A stretch of 64,000 nt of DNA, from IMG/VR virus record IMGVR_UViG_3300001525_000178, positions 6,176-70,175 of that record; one strand, given 5' to 3'. The first letter of the stretch is position 1. Each line of letters starts with the position of its first letter. The position numbers were made by a program, and so were the translations under genes. The stretch comes from a virus (Duplodnaviria; Caudoviricetes). This document shows positions 19,671 through 28,088 of this stretch, piece after piece. Below the pieces are notes generated by a model. That model did no database searches, was not told the origin of the DNA, and saw only the letters and a list, made by a program, of their open reading frames with translations.

Positions 19671-21075
19671 TTACAATCGCTTGTGTTTCAAGTGCAATTT
19701 GTTTGCTTTCAACCAATCTTCCGTTCTTAAAATCAAGCATTACATCTGGCATTATACCGTATACACCATCTCTTATTTTATCTGCAAACACGATTACTTT
19801 ATTCAAATATTCTGGGTGTTTTTCGATAAATTCTTTGCATTGTTGCGGAAATAAAACGTGCATTACAACGTGGCTATCGTTTAATGTTGCTTTTCCACCA
19901 GCCATATCAAATAATGAACCCCTATTTGCAGTTTTTGGATTTGGTGTAAAACTTTTTAAATATTGATTTAAAACAATAAAAGGTATTCCCATATCTTTTG
20001 CTGTTCTTTTAAATACTGAATAAGTTTTTGAAATGTTTTGATGTTCTTCATTCATTTCATCATTGATTAAAAGTCCAGCATAATCTACAAATACACAAGC
20101 AACACCATACTTTAATTGATATTTTTTAACTGTTGCAATTACTTGCATTACTGTTAAATCTGAACTATCATCAATTACGATTGGAAGTTGATTTAATATT
20201 TCAGTTGCTTTTAAGATTTTGTCTTTGAATTTTTGATAATTTTCTTCATTATCTTCGATTTTTAAATCTTCAAAATATAATCTTGGATTTCTAAAATATT
20301 TGCCATTAATTCCAGAAATGATTGACAAAAAGCGTTCTTCAATTTGTTTTCTTGTCATTTCAAGTGAAAAGCAAACAATCTTTCTATCATCTTTTTTCTT
20401 TTTCAACCATACAGCCATATTTAACATCATAACTTGTGAAAACAAACTTTTGCAATGTCCATTATGTCCACAAAGTGTATAAATATAACCTTCTTTTGCA
20501 CCGTCAATAAACTTGTCAATTGTAGGAAATCCAAACGGAATACCTGTAATCGTATCTGGATTATTGTAACGATAATCGATATCATTTATCAATGCTTTTT
20601 TATCGACATCAATCGGTGAAATGTGATTTGACATTTTAATTTTATCACTTAGACTTATGCCAAGTGAAATAAAATCATCAACAATCTTATCTGGGTCAGA
20701 CATTTCACGTGCATTTTCCATAAAGTCAGAACATAAAGATAATGTTTTTCTTTTAAATGCAGATGATTGAATAATTTTTGTATATTCACGCAATTGTTTT
20801 TTGGTTACAAAAGTTGTATTGTTATATAACTTCTTAACTAAATCTGGCATAATGTCCAAATTTAAAGAACGTGCTTTATTCAGTACGGTTACTTCATCTG
20901 GAATTATATTTTCTTTATATAGTTCAACCAAACATTTGTAAATATTTGCATAATCTCTGTTATAAAAAATGTCTGGATTTAATTTGTCGAATACTTCGAC
21001 AATTTTGTCTGGTTTGTAAAATAAACAAGATATTAGATTTTCTTCTGCTAACTTGTTTGAAATATCAGTAGCCAT
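19645..21075 (-). CDS. dnaB: Replicative DNA helicase
   Basis: N-terminal AEENLISCL, TGIPFGF, Walker A variant GHNGHCKS, FSLEMT, FVDYAGL, LNQ. Confidence 0.9.
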   Translation of the reverse strand: MATDISNKLAEENLISCLFYKPDKIVEVFDKLNPDIFYNRDYANIYKCLVELYKENIIPDEVTVLNKARSLNLDIMPDLVKKLYNNTTFVTKKQLREYTKIIQSSAFKRKTLSLCSDFMENAREMSDPDKIVDDFISLGISLSDKIKMSNHISPIDVDKKALINDIDYRYNNPDTITGIPFGFPTIDKFIDGAKEGYIYTLCGHNGHCKSLFSQVMMLNMAVWLKKKKDDRKIVCFSLEMTRKQIEERFLSIISGINGKYFRNPRLYFEDLKIEDNEENYQKFKDKILKATEILNQLPIVIDDSSDLTVMQVIATVKKYQLKYGVACVFVDYAGLLINDEMNEEHQNISKTYSVFKRTAKDMGIPFIVLNQYLKSFTPNPKTANRGSLFDMAGGKATLNDSHVVMHVLFPQQCKEFIEKHPEYLNKVIVFADKIRDGVYGIMPDVMLDFKNGRLVESKQIALETQAIVNEVSKIEV

Positions 21076-21077
21076 TA

Positions 21078-21788
21078 TTATAGATTATTCTCCAATCTTT
21101 CAATTCCGATATTGTAATATTTTTCTTCTAATTCAATACCTATAAACTTTCTACCAAGATTTTGGCAAGCAATCCCTGTCGTATATGAGCCAGCAAAACA
21201 ATCAAGTATCACTTGATTTTTTAAACTATGTAGTTCAACGTATTCTTCGATTAATTTAACAGGCTTTTGTGTTGGGTGAAGCCTATTTTTACCGCTTACA
21301 ATTGGATAGTTTTTTGTTTTTGACTTAATTTCGAAGGGTGCTTTATCGTTCCAACTTGCACCCTTACCTCTTACAAACACTATAAATTCTAAATTATTTA
21401 CATGTTTCCCATTACATAAAGGTGATGGATTTGTTTTATTCCAAGTCAATAGTGTAGTTGATAAGTTTTTATTTTCAAAATAAGACATTATCTTACTAAT
21501 TTGTTTATTGGAACAAAAAATTAATAAATTAGGTATCTTACAGATTTTCAACATTCTTGAAAAGACTTTGTCATAATTAAATCCTTTTGATATAAAGTCA
21601 ATATCGACACCCACTTTTGTCGCACGTTTTCCTAGTGCAGTTAATCCACCACCATGTATATCATGCTCGTATGGTGGGTCTGTAATGATTGTGTCAACTT
21701 TTACTCCTTTTTCAATTAATTTATCCATGACTTCTATGTAGTCACCGTTAAACAATATTGACTCACCTATTTTTTTACACTGTATCAT
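21078..21788 (-). CDS. N4/N6 DNA methyltransferase (beta class)
   Basis: IITDPPY, HPTQKP, LDCFAGSYTT, FIGIE. Confidence 0.92.
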   Translation of the reverse strand: MIQCKKIGESILFNGDYIEVMDKLIEKGVKVDTIITDPPYEHDIHGGGLTALGKRATKVGVDIDFISKGFNYDKVFSRMLKICKIPNLLIFCSNKQISKIMSYFENKNLSTTLLTWNKTNPSPLCNGKHVNNLEFIVFVRGKGASWNDKAPFEIKSKTKNYPIVSGKNRLHPTQKPVKLIEEYVELHSLKNQVILDCFAGSYTTGIACQNLGRKFIGIELEEKYYNIGIERLENNL

Positions 21789-21814
21789 TATTTAATTTTC
21801 CTTCCTTAATTTCA

Positions 21815-21843
21815 ATTATAGCATGACTTTCGTTTTTTGTCAA
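21815..21843 (-). promoter_or_regulatory. Sigma70-type promoter
   Basis: TTGACA-17bp-TATAAT. Confidence 0.8.
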
Positions 21844-21957
21844 ACACTTTGTTCCAAAAAGTTTACAAAATATACAAATAAAAAGAAAAAGCAGACACGG
21901 CGAGATTGTGTCTGCGAAATATTTATACATTTTACCTCTATAAATTTTGTTTTTAAT

Positions 21958-22028
21958 CACAGAAACTAGGATTTGAACCTAGACAACCAATTTTGGAGAT
22001 TGGTATGCTACCATTACATTATCTCTGC
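21958..22028 (-). tRNA. tRNA-Trp(CCA)
   Basis: Cloverleaf: GCAGAGA/TTTCTGT, anticodon arm CCAAT-CTCCAAA-ATTGG, T arm CTAGG-TTCAAAT-CCTAG; CCA not encoded. Confidence 0.9.
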
Positions 22029-22037
22029 TTATACGTT

Positions 22038-22155
22038 TGAACGATACAAGGCTCGAACTTGCATTTCTTATATCTATCATCTCATAAATTCCCTTTGATG
22101 AAAAGTTGGTCGCTTTTTCGATATAAGTGTGTTATTCCTTTGACACTAATCGCTC
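22038..22155 (-). ncRNA. tRNA-like RNA with a 44-nt insertion in the anticodon loop
   Basis: Acceptor GAGCGAT/ATCGTTC, D arm GTGT/ACAC, T arm GCAAG-TTCGAGC-CTTGT, anticodon stem CTTAT/ATAAG enclosing 51 nt. Confidence 0.75.
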
Positions 22156-22169
22156 ATTAAAAATTGTTT

Positions 22170-22242
22170 GAGTGATAGGTGGCTATTAACCACATCTTCT
22201 AGCCACAACGCTAGACATTTTAAACTTAAACTACGTATCACC
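22170..22242 (-). tRNA. Degenerate tRNA-His(GTG)-like gene
   Basis: Acceptor GGTGATA/TATCACT, anticodon stem TCTAG/CTAGA with 8-nt loop CGTTGTGG, degenerate T loop TTAATAG. Confidence 0.5.
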
Positions 22243-22254
22243 TTGTTTACTAAA

Positions 22255-22330
22255 TGGTGGCGGTGGAAGGAGTTGAACCTATCTACCTCTAGGTTATGAG
22301 CCTAGCGTGCAACCGTTACACTTCACCGCA
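22255..22330 (-). tRNA. tRNA-Met(CAT) (initiator, elongator or Ile2 identity uncertain)
   Basis: CTAGG-CTCATAA-CCTAG, encoded 3' ACCA, 1:72 mismatch. Confidence 0.88.
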
Positions 22331-22335
22331 ATATT

Positions 22336-22703
22336 TGAGCGATTATGGCAAGAACCACTTGCCTTGTTGCGTTCGCTCATTCGCAAACCTAACAGGATTT
22401 CATGCCCGAATTGATTGAATTGGTTAATTTCACTTCACAGTTACAACTCTTTAGCACTTGTACTTCGCGCCTTGTATTATGAAAGCAATCCATTTTTCAA
22501 TGTGTTAGGTCGAGTTTTAAAAGGTTCGCCGAAGCGTTCCAATACCCTTTTCTACACTTTGGTAGATAGGTTGCGTCGAGGAGTAGCCCCCGACCGTGAC
22601 AGGCGACCGAGTGCGTTTAGCACAGCCACCTTCTGAAATTGTACCAGACTGCGTGCAGATGTGATACAAAATCGTTTCCCTGTGTTCAACGTGGAACATG
22701 GGG
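22336..22703 (-). ncRNA. Candidate large structured non-coding RNA
   Basis: GC-enriched non-coding stretch with many hairpins, a cUUCGg tetraloop and an 8-bp long-range helix; lies between promoter 22769-22797 and the tRNAs. Confidence 0.6.
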
Positions 22704-22768
22704 TATTAAGTTTATTGTTTTATTATTTAATTTTAAATGTGCAATTCGTTTTGTCTTTCAACATGCTT

Positions 22769-22797
22769 ATTATATCATGCTTTTTTATTTTTGTCAA
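22769..22797 (-). promoter_or_regulatory. Sigma70-type promoter for the ncRNA/tRNA operon
   Basis: TTGACA-17bp-TATAAT overlapping the end of the upstream CDS. Confidence 0.85.
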
Positions 22798-23332
22798 GTG
22801 TTTTATTTAAGTTTTTATTTTCTTGTTTGAAATCATAAACTTTCTTGCGTAAATTAATATTTTCACTACTTAATCTTGCAATAATTTCAGTTGACAATCT
22901 TTTATTTAATTCCTTTTCATGTAATTGCTTTGCACTTCTTATGCATGTAACTGAATTTATGTTATCTACTACCAAAATTCCATATTTCGGATTTATTTCA
23001 TCAATTTGATTTATGATTTCTTCTTTATATTCTTTATACATTTCAGTCGGAAAAGCATAATAAAATAAAGTTGGTTGTTTATCTTTTCTTGTTCGTGTAC
23101 TTAGATATTTTTTATGTTTTGGTTTATTTTTGTCTTTGTAAAAATCGACCATGCTTATCTTAACTTCCACTTCGACAAATTTATCTTTCATATCGTATGC
23201 GACAACATCTTTTAATAGAAATTCAGTACAAACCATTTTATATTGATTTTTAAATCGAAAATATGATGATAACGCAATCTTCATAAAATCTGCTGTTATC
23301 TTTGGATTTTTATAATCTTTCCAAACTTTCAT
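22775..23332 (-). CDS. PD-(D/E)XK-fold (MmcB-like) protein
   Basis: EF..KDVVAY...VEVEVKISMVDFYKD...KH, LFYYAFP, YGILVV. Confidence 0.6.
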   Translation of the reverse strand: MKVWKDYKNPKITADFMKIALSSYFRFKNQYKMVCTEFLLKDVVAYDMKDKFVEVEVKISMVDFYKDKNKPKHKKYLSTRTRKDKQPTLFYYAFPTEMYKEYKEEIINQIDEINPKYGILVVDNINSVTCIRSAKQLHEKELNKRLSTEIIARLSSENINLRKKVYDFKQENKNLNKTLDKNKKA

Positions 23333-23335
23333 CTA

Positions 23336-23782
23336 TCATACACTCCAACGTCCGCACCATTTTGAAAGATAATGCCAGAATTGTCTTCTATTTTCGTCCT
23401 CAATTCTTATGCTTTGTGTTATAATTCGCTTTCTTTCTGGTGATATAATCATTCTTCCGTTTTCGAATTTGATATCATCATCTTGTAAAGTTGTGTCAAC
23501 ATAATCATCTACATTAATCCACCTATCAAGATGATTTAGTACGATTTGTATTTGTTTTGCACGCTTTGGACTATCAAGATAATATGTGTCTTTTTCAAGT
23601 TTATCTTTCAATCTTTCCATTTTCACTTTAAGATATAGGACACAACTGTCAAATTCATAATCATCATCTTTCCAAATCGCTGGTATATAATGATATAATC
23701 GTTTTGTAAAATCAATTACATGTTTACAAAATCTTACTACCTTATTCCCAAATAGTTCATCGTACATTTCGTCTAAATTCAT
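23336..23782 (-). CDS. Hypothetical phage protein
   Basis: ORF track; YIPAIWKDDDYE and terminal WxxWS pattern. Confidence 0.6.
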   Translation of the reverse strand: MNLDEMYDELFGNKVVRFCKHVIDFTKRLYHYIPAIWKDDDYEFDSCVLYLKVKMERLKDKLEKDTYYLDSPKRAKQIQIVLNHLDRWINVDDYVDTTLQDDDIKFENGRMIISPERKRIITQSIRIEDENRRQFWHYLSKWCGRWSV

Positions 23783-23784
23783 TA

Positions 23785-23976
23785 TTATTTCCTTTTCAAT
23801 TTAGCGCCACATTTTGAACAAGAAATTGTGCTATTTGCATTTAATCGTGCAATATCATATTCTTTCAAAATTCTATGACATTCTGGACATTCGTTTTGAT
23901 TTTCTGTAACTTCATATTCGTTGAATACTACAACTACTTTTTCTGTATCTTTTCCTACTTTAATTCTTTTCTTCAT
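23785..23976 (-). CDS. Zinc-ribbon protein
   Basis: CPEC...CSKCG. Confidence 0.55.
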   Translation of the reverse strand: MKKRIKVGKDTEKVVVVFNEYEVTENQNECPECHRILKEYDIARLNANSTISCSKCGAKLKRK

Positions 23977-24108
23977 TTGCGTTTATCCTTTTTAACATAT
24001 CTTCACATGCTTTTGTATAATCTTTGCCTAAATAATCTTCGTATTTAATACACAGATTACAAAAGTGCTTTATATCTTTTACAATTTCTTTTGGTTTCAT
24101 AATTCACC

Positions 24109-24540
24109 TTATTCAAATAAACTTTCTGTTAATTTACGTGAATAATCAGAAGTATTAATTCTGTTTACTCTATCCAATGCTTCGTTCACTTGTGTTTCAA
24201 GTTGTTCGATATAAATTGCAAGCATTTCTGGTTCTTTTGCGTGTAAAAGTGAATATTTGATTGAAGCATAATTTTTATCTTTTCCTACTACAAGATTATA
24301 TAATACATTCTTATCTTTATCACTTACTACTAAAGAAATAATGTTATTCTTAATCTTAAACCATTTTGTATACAAAATAGGGATTAAAGTCATTTGTACG
24401 CCATTATCTAGCGTGAAATATTGTGCAGTATTTAGATTGTCACTTTCTTTTAATTCTGCAATTTTATTGCGAATAATACGCAATCTTCTGTATAAGTTTT
24501 GAACTTTACTCTTGTCTGGGTGTGAATAAATCATTTCCAT
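24109..24540 (-). CDS. Hypothetical protein
   Basis: ORF track. Confidence 0.55.
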   Translation of the reverse strand: MEMIYSHPDKSKVQNLYRRLRIIRNKIAELKESDNLNTAQYFTLDNGVQMTLIPILYTKWFKIKNNIISLVVSDKDKNVLYNLVVGKDKNYASIKYSLLHAKEPEMLAIYIEQLETQVNEALDRVNRINTSDYSRKLTESLFE

Positions 24541-24557
24541 TTCTTACCTTCTTTCTT

Positions 24558-25532
24558 TTATAAATCTATTTTTACTTCTGTTCCATTTTTTATTGACCAA
24601 TACCAACTTAGAATAAAATTTACATACAATCTGTTCTTATCAATTTCTTCCTTTGTGTATGGATAGACTGAATAATTATGTGAGTTCCAATTAAAAAAAT
24701 GGATTTCAAAACCTAATTTATCATATTCTTTTCTGCTAATTATACCTGTGTCTAGCAACATTCTTGAATATATATATAACTGTCTACAATACCCCTTTTG
24801 TGGGATTTGGTTTCTACTACAACTTTTCTTGGAAGTTTTCCAATCTAATACGTGTAAATTGCCATTTTTATATCCAATTAAATCAATTGCACCTTGAAGA
24901 TATTTATTGCGAACAAACAATTCAGAAGCCACTACGTCAATATGTTGAATTTCATTTTCAAAGAACTTCTTTAAAGTTTTTCTTGCAATTTCTGTAAAAT
25001 ATTCTTTTCGTCCTTCAAAATTGTCAATCATATTTACAATTTCTTCGTCTTCTTCCGCTTGTTTTATATAATCATCAAGCATGAATTGCTTTTTAAATGG
25101 TCTTGTATCTCTATCAAGCAAAGATAGTTCTAATATTTTATGAATAAACGAGCCTGTGTCCGTAGACAGTTTTGTCGTCAATCTGGTGGCGTTTAAATCT
25201 TCAACAGATACATTGTTTGCCCAACGTAATAAACCAGCCTTATTGTGACTTTTAGTGGTGTCTAAACAGTATGGAAATAGTTTTGAAGAAATAAGTGTTG
25301 CACTTGGCAATCCAGCAGTATATTCTTCACCCCTATTTTTTGAACTATATTTATCTTCCAAAATCTTTTTGATTTCATCTTTATCTTTTATAACGTTAAA
25401 TCTAAGTTGATTGCTTGGGTTTTTATATTCATCATAAAAGAAGTTTGAATTTACAAGTTCGTCCAAATATTGTTCATCTTGTTTATGAATTGTAATGTAT
25501 TCGTCTGTGTCTGGTCTATGTAAAAAAATCAT
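24558..25532 (-). CDS. PD-(D/E)XK exonuclease (Cas4/RecB-like)
   Basis: LPSATLI, GSFIHKILE, SELFV, GAIDLIG, LDWKTS, QLYIY. Confidence 0.8.
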   Translation of the reverse strand: MIFLHRPDTDEYITIHKQDEQYLDELVNSNFFYDEYKNPSNQLRFNVIKDKDEIKKILEDKYSSKNRGEEYTAGLPSATLISSKLFPYCLDTTKSHNKAGLLRWANNVSVEDLNATRLTTKLSTDTGSFIHKILELSLLDRDTRPFKKQFMLDDYIKQAEEDEEIVNMIDNFEGRKEYFTEIARKTLKKFFENEIQHIDVVASELFVRNKYLQGAIDLIGYKNGNLHVLDWKTSKKSCSRNQIPQKGYCRQLYIYSRMLLDTGIISRKEYDKLGFEIHFFNWNSHNYSVYPYTKEEIDKNRLYVNFILSWYWSIKNGTEVKIDL

Positions 25533-25828
25533 ATTCTATTATATCCTTACAAATTAATATTAGTTAATCTTGTTTTTCGTAAAATAAAATTACCTAATAA
25601 GAATAAAAACCAGAATGGGTGAACATTAAACCAAGCAAATAATGCCGTCAATGTCAATCCTGTAAAACTTAAAGTTTTTGATACAATTACTAAAATTAAT
25701 ACTTCTAACATTTTATTATATTTTCCTTCCTATTAAATTTTAAAGAAAAGCCCACTATTTGTTTTTTGCTCATGCTCAATGTGTCTGTATAAAGTGGGCT
25801 ATAAACACAAATTAAATCTTATGAAATT

Positions 25829-25857
25829 ATTATATCATGACTTTTTATTTTTGTCAA
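25829..25857 (-). promoter_or_regulatory. Sigma70-type promoter
   Basis: TTGACA-17bp-TATAAT. Confidence 0.8.
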
Positions 25858-25905
25858 GTATTGCCAAAAGTTTTTACAAAACTTTACCAAGTATTTTATT
25901 TAAAA

Positions 25906-27510
25906 TTAATAAAATAAGTTTCCAAATATTCTTTCCAAAACATTTACAACAATTGAGTTACCTGCTTGTTTGTAAAGTTGTGAATTAGACACACCACTTG
26001 CTTTTGCTTTGTTAAAGTCTTCGTCAGTAAAGCCCATAAGTCGCCAATATTCAAGAGGTGTCAATTTTCTAATTCTTTTATCAGTAATTACTTTTTCAGT
26101 GCCTATAGTGGTTAACGTTGGACTAATTCCCACATCTAAGTAACATCGGTTTGCTTTTTCGTAAACACCTTCTCTCACCTCAAACGTTGTTATTGCAAGG
26201 TCGAAAATATCTGTTTCTATACCCAATATATGTTTTAGTTTATACCAATATTTTGCGTCTGGAATAGCAAAACAATCATCTGCTCTAAACCAATGTTCCA
26301 CTTTTGTCAAGGGCAAATTAATCTGTGTTGCTATTGCTTTAACACTCAACCCACATTTGTTTTTACACTCTTTTAACAAGTGTTTCAGACTGTCAATATC
26401 CACATTGTATTTGCGTACAGAAACCGTTTGTGAAACATCTATTCGCTGAATAGAGTTACTATATTCCGTAATTTTTGGATAATCTCTATCATCAAAAACT
26501 TTTAAACCATGTCTGCCTGCTCTTAACGTAGGTGAAATATTATTATACAATCTAACGCCGTTAAAATCCTGTGTGTCATCTATAATTAAATTTTCTACAA
26601 CATAATTGTCTTTTTGAACAGTAGTTAGTGTATTAGAAATACCTTGTGAATTAATTTCTAACCTTTGTTTTGTGGGGCTACCTACAGTTCTATCGGACGG
26701 ATTTTCTGGGTTTCTGCCACGACTTTCACCAATACATTTGTCAACAACAATCTTAGGGTCTTTATAACCTCTGCTAAGAAGTGTTTGACACATATCACCT
26801 GTTTGTATTCTTGTTCTTTCTTGTGTGAAAGTAGAATTTGTAATTTTTTGCACTTGTTGTTCGTTAAGATAGTATTTTTCGTCTACTTCATCTTCTAAAA
26901 TATCTCTTATATTTGTTTTTAATTTTTCTTTTTCAGGAAACACATAATCTTGGTTAATATCTTTTCTAATCGATACAACAAACACACGTTCTCTATTTTG
27001 TGGAATACCGTAGTCTTTTGCGTTTAATACTTGCCAATAGTTTTTATATCCTAAATCATCAAGATATTGTAACCATTCATCAAACTGTGCTTTAAATTTC
27101 TTTCCTACAAGTGCTTTTACATTTTCTAAAAGTAAGTACTTAGGTAATGTATCTTCTTCTTTGGCAACCTCTAAAAGCCTTTGCACTTGGTACAGTAGTC
27201 CAGACCTTGTGTTTTCGTTTATTCCTCTTTGTTTTCCAGCATACGAAATATCTTGACAAGGAAAAGAATATGTCCACAAATCAGCATAGTCAAGTTTTTC
27301 TATTGCTGAAATATCACCATAGTTTCTTGTTTTACCATACATTGCTTCATAGGATTGTATTGCATATTTATCAATTTCAGCAATACCCACCACGTCAACG
27401 TCATAATCTAAATTTAGTAAAGATTTACGTTGCGCCCCTATACCACTAAATAATTCGTTCATGCTAATTGTTTTTGACATTCTATATCCTACCTTCCTTT
27501 TTTTAAACAT
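25906..27510 (-). CDS. C5-cytosine DNA methyltransferase with long variable region (true start probably MSKTISM)
   Basis: ELFSGIG, YSFPCQD, LLENVK, PQNRERVF, RKLTPLE, YKQAGNSIVV. Confidence 0.93.
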   Translation of the reverse strand: MFKKRKVGYRMSKTISMNELFSGIGAQRKSLLNLDYDVDVVGIAEIDKYAIQSYEAMYGKTRNYGDISAIEKLDYADLWTYSFPCQDISYAGKQRGINENTRSGLLYQVQRLLEVAKEEDTLPKYLLLENVKALVGKKFKAQFDEWLQYLDDLGYKNYWQVLNAKDYGIPQNRERVFVVSIRKDINQDYVFPEKEKLKTNIRDILEDEVDEKYYLNEQQVQKITNSTFTQERTRIQTGDMCQTLLSRGYKDPKIVVDKCIGESRGRNPENPSDRTVGSPTKQRLEINSQGISNTLTTVQKDNYVVENLIIDDTQDFNGVRLYNNISPTLRAGRHGLKVFDDRDYPKITEYSNSIQRIDVSQTVSVRKYNVDIDSLKHLLKECKNKCGLSVKAIATQINLPLTKVEHWFRADDCFAIPDAKYWYKLKHILGIETDIFDLAITTFEVREGVYEKANRCYLDVGISPTLTTIGTEKVITDKRIRKLTPLEYWRLMGFTDEDFNKAKASGVSNSQLYKQAGNSIVVNVLERIFGNLFY

Positions 27511-27537
27511 CTTATCATGATTTTATGTTTTTGTCAA
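27509..27537 (-). promoter_or_regulatory. Sigma70-type promoter
   Basis: TTGACA-17bp-TAAGAT. Confidence 0.7.
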
Positions 27538-27617
27538 GTACTTTAACCAGAATTTTTTTTAATTTCATTAAACCCTTTATCAAAGTATTTGCTTAGACTA
27601 TTTTATTTACTTTAATT

Positions 27618-28085
27618 CTACACTTCATATCTATTAAAACTGTCAATTAAAATGTTCATATTGCTTGATACTTTCATGCCTTTTCCACGACAAAACATTA
27701 TAACGTTATTCAAAGCCCTTCTTTGTTGTTCACGAATTTCTTGTGGCGAAGTCAAAGAACAACCATAAAATCTAACTTCATGATATCCTTTGACATATGC
27801 TAAAAACAACATATAGCACATTGAATTGTTTAGATATTCACCTTGCATTGTTTCTTTTGCAAATTCAAATACATATTCAACCCTTTTATTTAATTTTGTA
27901 AATTTAACATGCTTTTCAACCATTGGGTGAACTTTCTTGTGAATATCAAACCATTCAGTATATCGTGGAATATCCCAAAAATCGTCATGCCAATTACAGC
28001 CCCATATATCCCAATTTGGGTCGTTGTATGGTGCATTAAATTTATCTGGTAATTTTCCAATAATTGCTAATTTATTATTTCTCAT
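27618..28085 (-). CDS. Hypothetical protein, possible nucleotide-sugar/Rossmann-like enzyme
   Basis: LAIIG...APYNDPNWDIWGCN, GYHEVRFYG motifs; family assignment uncertain. Confidence 0.4.
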   Translation of the reverse strand: MRNNKLAIIGKLPDKFNAPYNDPNWDIWGCNWHDDFWDIPRYTEWFDIHKKVHPMVEKHVKFTKLNKRVEYVFEFAKETMQGEYLNNSMCYMLFLAYVKGYHEVRFYGCSLTSPQEIREQQRRALNNVIMFCRGKGMKVSSNMNILIDSFNRYEV

Positions 28086-28088
28086 CCC

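Noticed and set aside
10825-21075. Inteins or introns in dnaE, the UvrD-like helicase or dnaB
   Set aside because: Lengths and motif spacing are normal and no splice-junction motifs were seen; the dnaB Walker A variant GHNGHCKS was noted but judged ordinary divergence
22170-22242. 8-nt-loop tRNA as a +1 suppressor for the G8 tracts
   Set aside because: Its loop has no CCC/CCCC anticodon to read G runs, and its T loop is degenerate
22575-22600. tmRNA, from the GGGGCT...TCGAC resemblance
   Set aside because: No matching 3' acceptor/T arm ending in CCA and no convincing tag ORF
22415-22830. ORFs 22415-22636 (+), 22517-22699 (-) and 22639-22830 (+)
   Set aside because: They overlap the structured RNA, have atypical composition and lack ribosome-binding sites
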